Assembly: GCF_044704955.1 (NCBI RefSeq)
Contig: NC_091989.1
Span: 86,056,001 to 86,120,000 of the forward strand
Length of the DNA stretch: 64,000 nucleotides
DNA from: Pristiophorus japonicus
Taxonomy: Eukaryota
Direction: 5' to 3'
Shown: positions 61,085 through 64,000 of the stretch, piece by piece
How the letters are laid out: every line of letters starts with the position of its first letter
Position numbering within the stretch: the first letter of the stretch is position 1
The notes under the pieces: generated by a model
Told to the model about the DNA's origin: nothing
Seen by the model: the letters and a program-made list of their open reading frames with translations, nothing else
Database searches by the model: none
Translations under genes and position numbers: made by a program

Positions 61085-64000
61085 TGTTATGTATGCAACC
61101 CGAGGCAACCTGTATCATACCGCCACCAGAGGGCTTACCTGTTACCACACACAACCACCGTGTGGTGGACAGCACGGAAATTGGCGCGGTCCCTGCCTGC
61201 AAGACCATCTGCAGGCCGAGGCCATCAGAGGGAGCAGTGAGTGGTGGCATACCACTGCAGGAGGGCAATAGCTGCGAAGTCAGGTCGCACATTGCAGTGC
61301 GGGCAGGAACAGCAGGAGGGGCGAAGGAGTGGTGTGGGTTTGTAGAAGGAAGTGACCGGGGCCCAGGAGAGGCGTGAGTCTGGGGCCCAGAAGAGGGTCC
61401 AAGGGCAGCACAGGCCAGCCCACACTGCTATATGTGTGCGCACTAGATCCATGCAGCAGAGCTGGTCTCCAGTCATCTGGGATAATCCTTGCCACTGGAC
61501 TAAGACCTAGCTCTGTCAAGCCCGTGTGGTGGCTGGTGTGCAACGGCCACCACACATTAAATAAATCCAAGCACAGGCATCTTCACCCTCCAGGATGTAG
61601 TTCGGGATCTGGACTATTCAGTCCCTCATTGAAACACCCGTGAACTCACCACTTTTTGGCATGGAAGCAAGTCATCCTCGCTTCGAGGGACTGTCTATGA
61701 TGATGATACCTGTTGGATCCCAAGAGATCCCAGCATCCCCTGGGAGCATTGTATATAAGCAGGCCTCCCATGCTGTACCAACACTCTGGAGTTTGAATAA
61801 AGGAGCTAAGGTCACACTTATTCATTGTCTACAGTACTCAGTTGCATTATTTTATTATGAGCTTAACAACTGGTGACGAGATAATGAACAACCATGCGAA
61901 AATTAAAAGAACTGTTGGTATCCTGCAGAAGTTCTCAGAAGGGGACGATTGGGAGGCCTTTGTGGAACGACTCGACCAATACTTCATGGCCAATGAGGTG
62001 GAAGGGGACAAAAACGCTGCCAAATGAAGGGCGATCCTCCTTACCTTCTTTGGAGCAACGACCTATGGCCTCATGAAGAATCTTCTCGCTCTGGTGAAAT
62101 CAACAACCAAAACCTATGAAGAACTGTGTACACTGGTCCGGGAGCACCTAAATTCGGAGGAAAGCATTTTGATGGCAAGGTATCGATTCTACACATTTCA
62201 ACGATCTGAAGGCCAGGAAGTGGCAAGCTACGTCGCTGAACTAAGGTGCCTTGCAGGATTCAATGGATTCCTTCAGCAAATGCTAAGAGACTTTTTTTTG
62301 CTTGGCATTGGCCATGAGATTATCCTTCGCAAACTATTGACTGTTGAAACACTGAATCTGAGCAAAGCCATAACGATAGCCCAGGCATTTATGTCCACCA
62401 GAGGTAACACCAGACACATTTCGCAGCTAGTACTACACACAAAGTAATGTCATTTTCAGGCAGGAATACATATGGCAGAACGTACACTTCGGCAGCTGCA
62501 CGACCTTAGATGACCCAGAGTCCGCCATCAATCATTAATGCGAGGCGATTAACACCTTTTCGGCACTGCGGAGGTGATTATTGAGCCCATCAATGCCGCG
62601 TCAAACATTACGTGTGCAAAGGTTGTGGAACAATGGGACACCTCCAACGAATGTGCAGATGAGCTGCAAACCTTGAAAACCACCACGTTGCAGAGGAGGA
62701 TCGATCCATGGCGGATCAGGCTGAACTAGAGACTCGAACCGAGGAGGCAGAAGTGTACGGGGTACACACCTTGACCAAGAAATGTCTACCGGTTATGTTA
62801 AAAGTTGAACTGAATGGAATTCCAGTATCCATGGAACTAGACATGGGTGCGAGTCAGTCTATCATGAGCAAAAAGGTCTTCCACGGGCTGTGGTGCAACA
62901 AGGCAAACAGACCCAAGCTTAGCCCCATTCATACCAAGCTAAGAACTTACACTACAGAGCTGATCCCTGTTATTGGCAGTGCAGCAGTAAATGTCTCCTC
63001 TGATGGAGCGGTGCACGAACACCCACTATGGATTGTACCAGGAGGTGGCCCCACACTGTTTGGCAGAAGCTGGCTGGGGAAAAATCCATTGGAACTGGGA
63101 CGATATCTGAGTGCTCTCGTCCGTCGACAATGCCTCATGTGCCCAGGTTCTGAGCAAGTTCCCGTCATTGTCTGAGCTAGGTAGTGGAAGTTTCTCGGGG
63201 GCAAAGGTGCAGATCCACTTGGTTCCTGGCACATGACCCATCCACCACAAGGCACGGGTGGTGCCAAATATGATGTGAGAGAAAGTGGAAATTGAGTTGG
63301 ACAGGCTGCAATGAGAAGGCGTCATCACGCCGGTGGAGTTCAACGAGTGGAGCAGACCAATTGTTCCAGTTCTCAACGGCAATGGCACTGTCAGAATTTG
63401 TGGGGACCATAAAGTAATGATTAACTGTTTTTCATGACAGGACTAGTACCCGCTACCCAAGGCAGACGACCTATTTGCGACCCTGCCTGGAGGAAAGACG
63501 TTCACCAAGTTGGACCTGACCTCGGCCTACATGATGCAGTTGCTAGCGGAATCTTCGAAAGGCCTCACCTGCATCAACACGCACAAAGGTCTGTTCAACT
63601 ACAATAGATGCCCGTTTGGGATTCGATCGGCCGTGGCAATTTTCCAAAGAAACATGGAGAGCCTGCTAAAGTCGGTTCCGCACACCATGGTTTTCCAAGA
63701 CAACATATTGGTCAAAGGTCGGGACACCATCGAATAATTGAAGAACCTGGAAGAGGTCCTAATTTGGCTAGATCGTATGGGACTCAGGTTGAAACATGTT
63801 TTTCTGGTGCCAGAGGTCGAGTTCTTAGGAAGAAGAATTGCGGCAGACAGCATCAGACCGACCGACGCCAAGACGGAGGCCATCAAGAATGCGCCAAGAC
63901 CACAGAACATGATGGAGCTGTAGTCATTCCTGGAACTCCTCAACTATTTCGGGAATTTCCTACCCAGGTTAAGCACCTTGCATGAACCCTTACCTATGCT
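61085..64000 (+). mobile_element. Gypsy (Mag-like) element D, same family as A, cut by window end
   Basis: 5' LTR 61085-61868 (split); PBS TGGTGACGAG at 61871; gag, PR ELDMGAS, RT MVFQDN. Confidence 0.93.
61144..61706 (+). mobile_element. Non-autonomous RTE-tailed retroposon, copy 2, inside the 5' LTR of D
   Basis: 8-bp TSD TACCTGTT at 61136-61143 and 61707-61714; (ATG)n tail; collinear with 16640-17178. Confidence 0.88.

Overview
Eukaryotic, repeat-dominated genomic DNA. The repeat complement (CR1-type LINEs with (TTCTATG/TTCTTATG)n tails, L2, RTE, Penelope-like elements, Mag-like Gypsy elements, tRNA-SINEs) suggests a cartilaginous fish (inference). Most of the window is nested, decayed retroelements plus a 4.6-kb 10-bp satellite. 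One host gene is clear: a four-exon Ig-superfamily receptor on + (30830-39054), made of leader, germline-joined VJ domain, C1 domain, and a TM exon with an Arg and almost no cytoplasmic tail. This is an antigen-receptor-like ectodomain with no recombination signals on an NKp30/FcR-gamma-type activating anchor. As written, the C1 exon is 1 nt short of 3n, which uncouples the TM; skipping C1 gives an in-frame NKp30-like V-TM protein. Other notable patterns: the 5' LTRs of all three copies of one Gypsy family each carry an independent non-LTR insertion and tandem EBF/COE-type palindromes; an RTE-tailed non-autonomous element is present twice; a MITE sits inside its own family; and there is a possible fossil F-type viral envelope gene. 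All calls are by eye with no database search, and many element boundaries are approximate.
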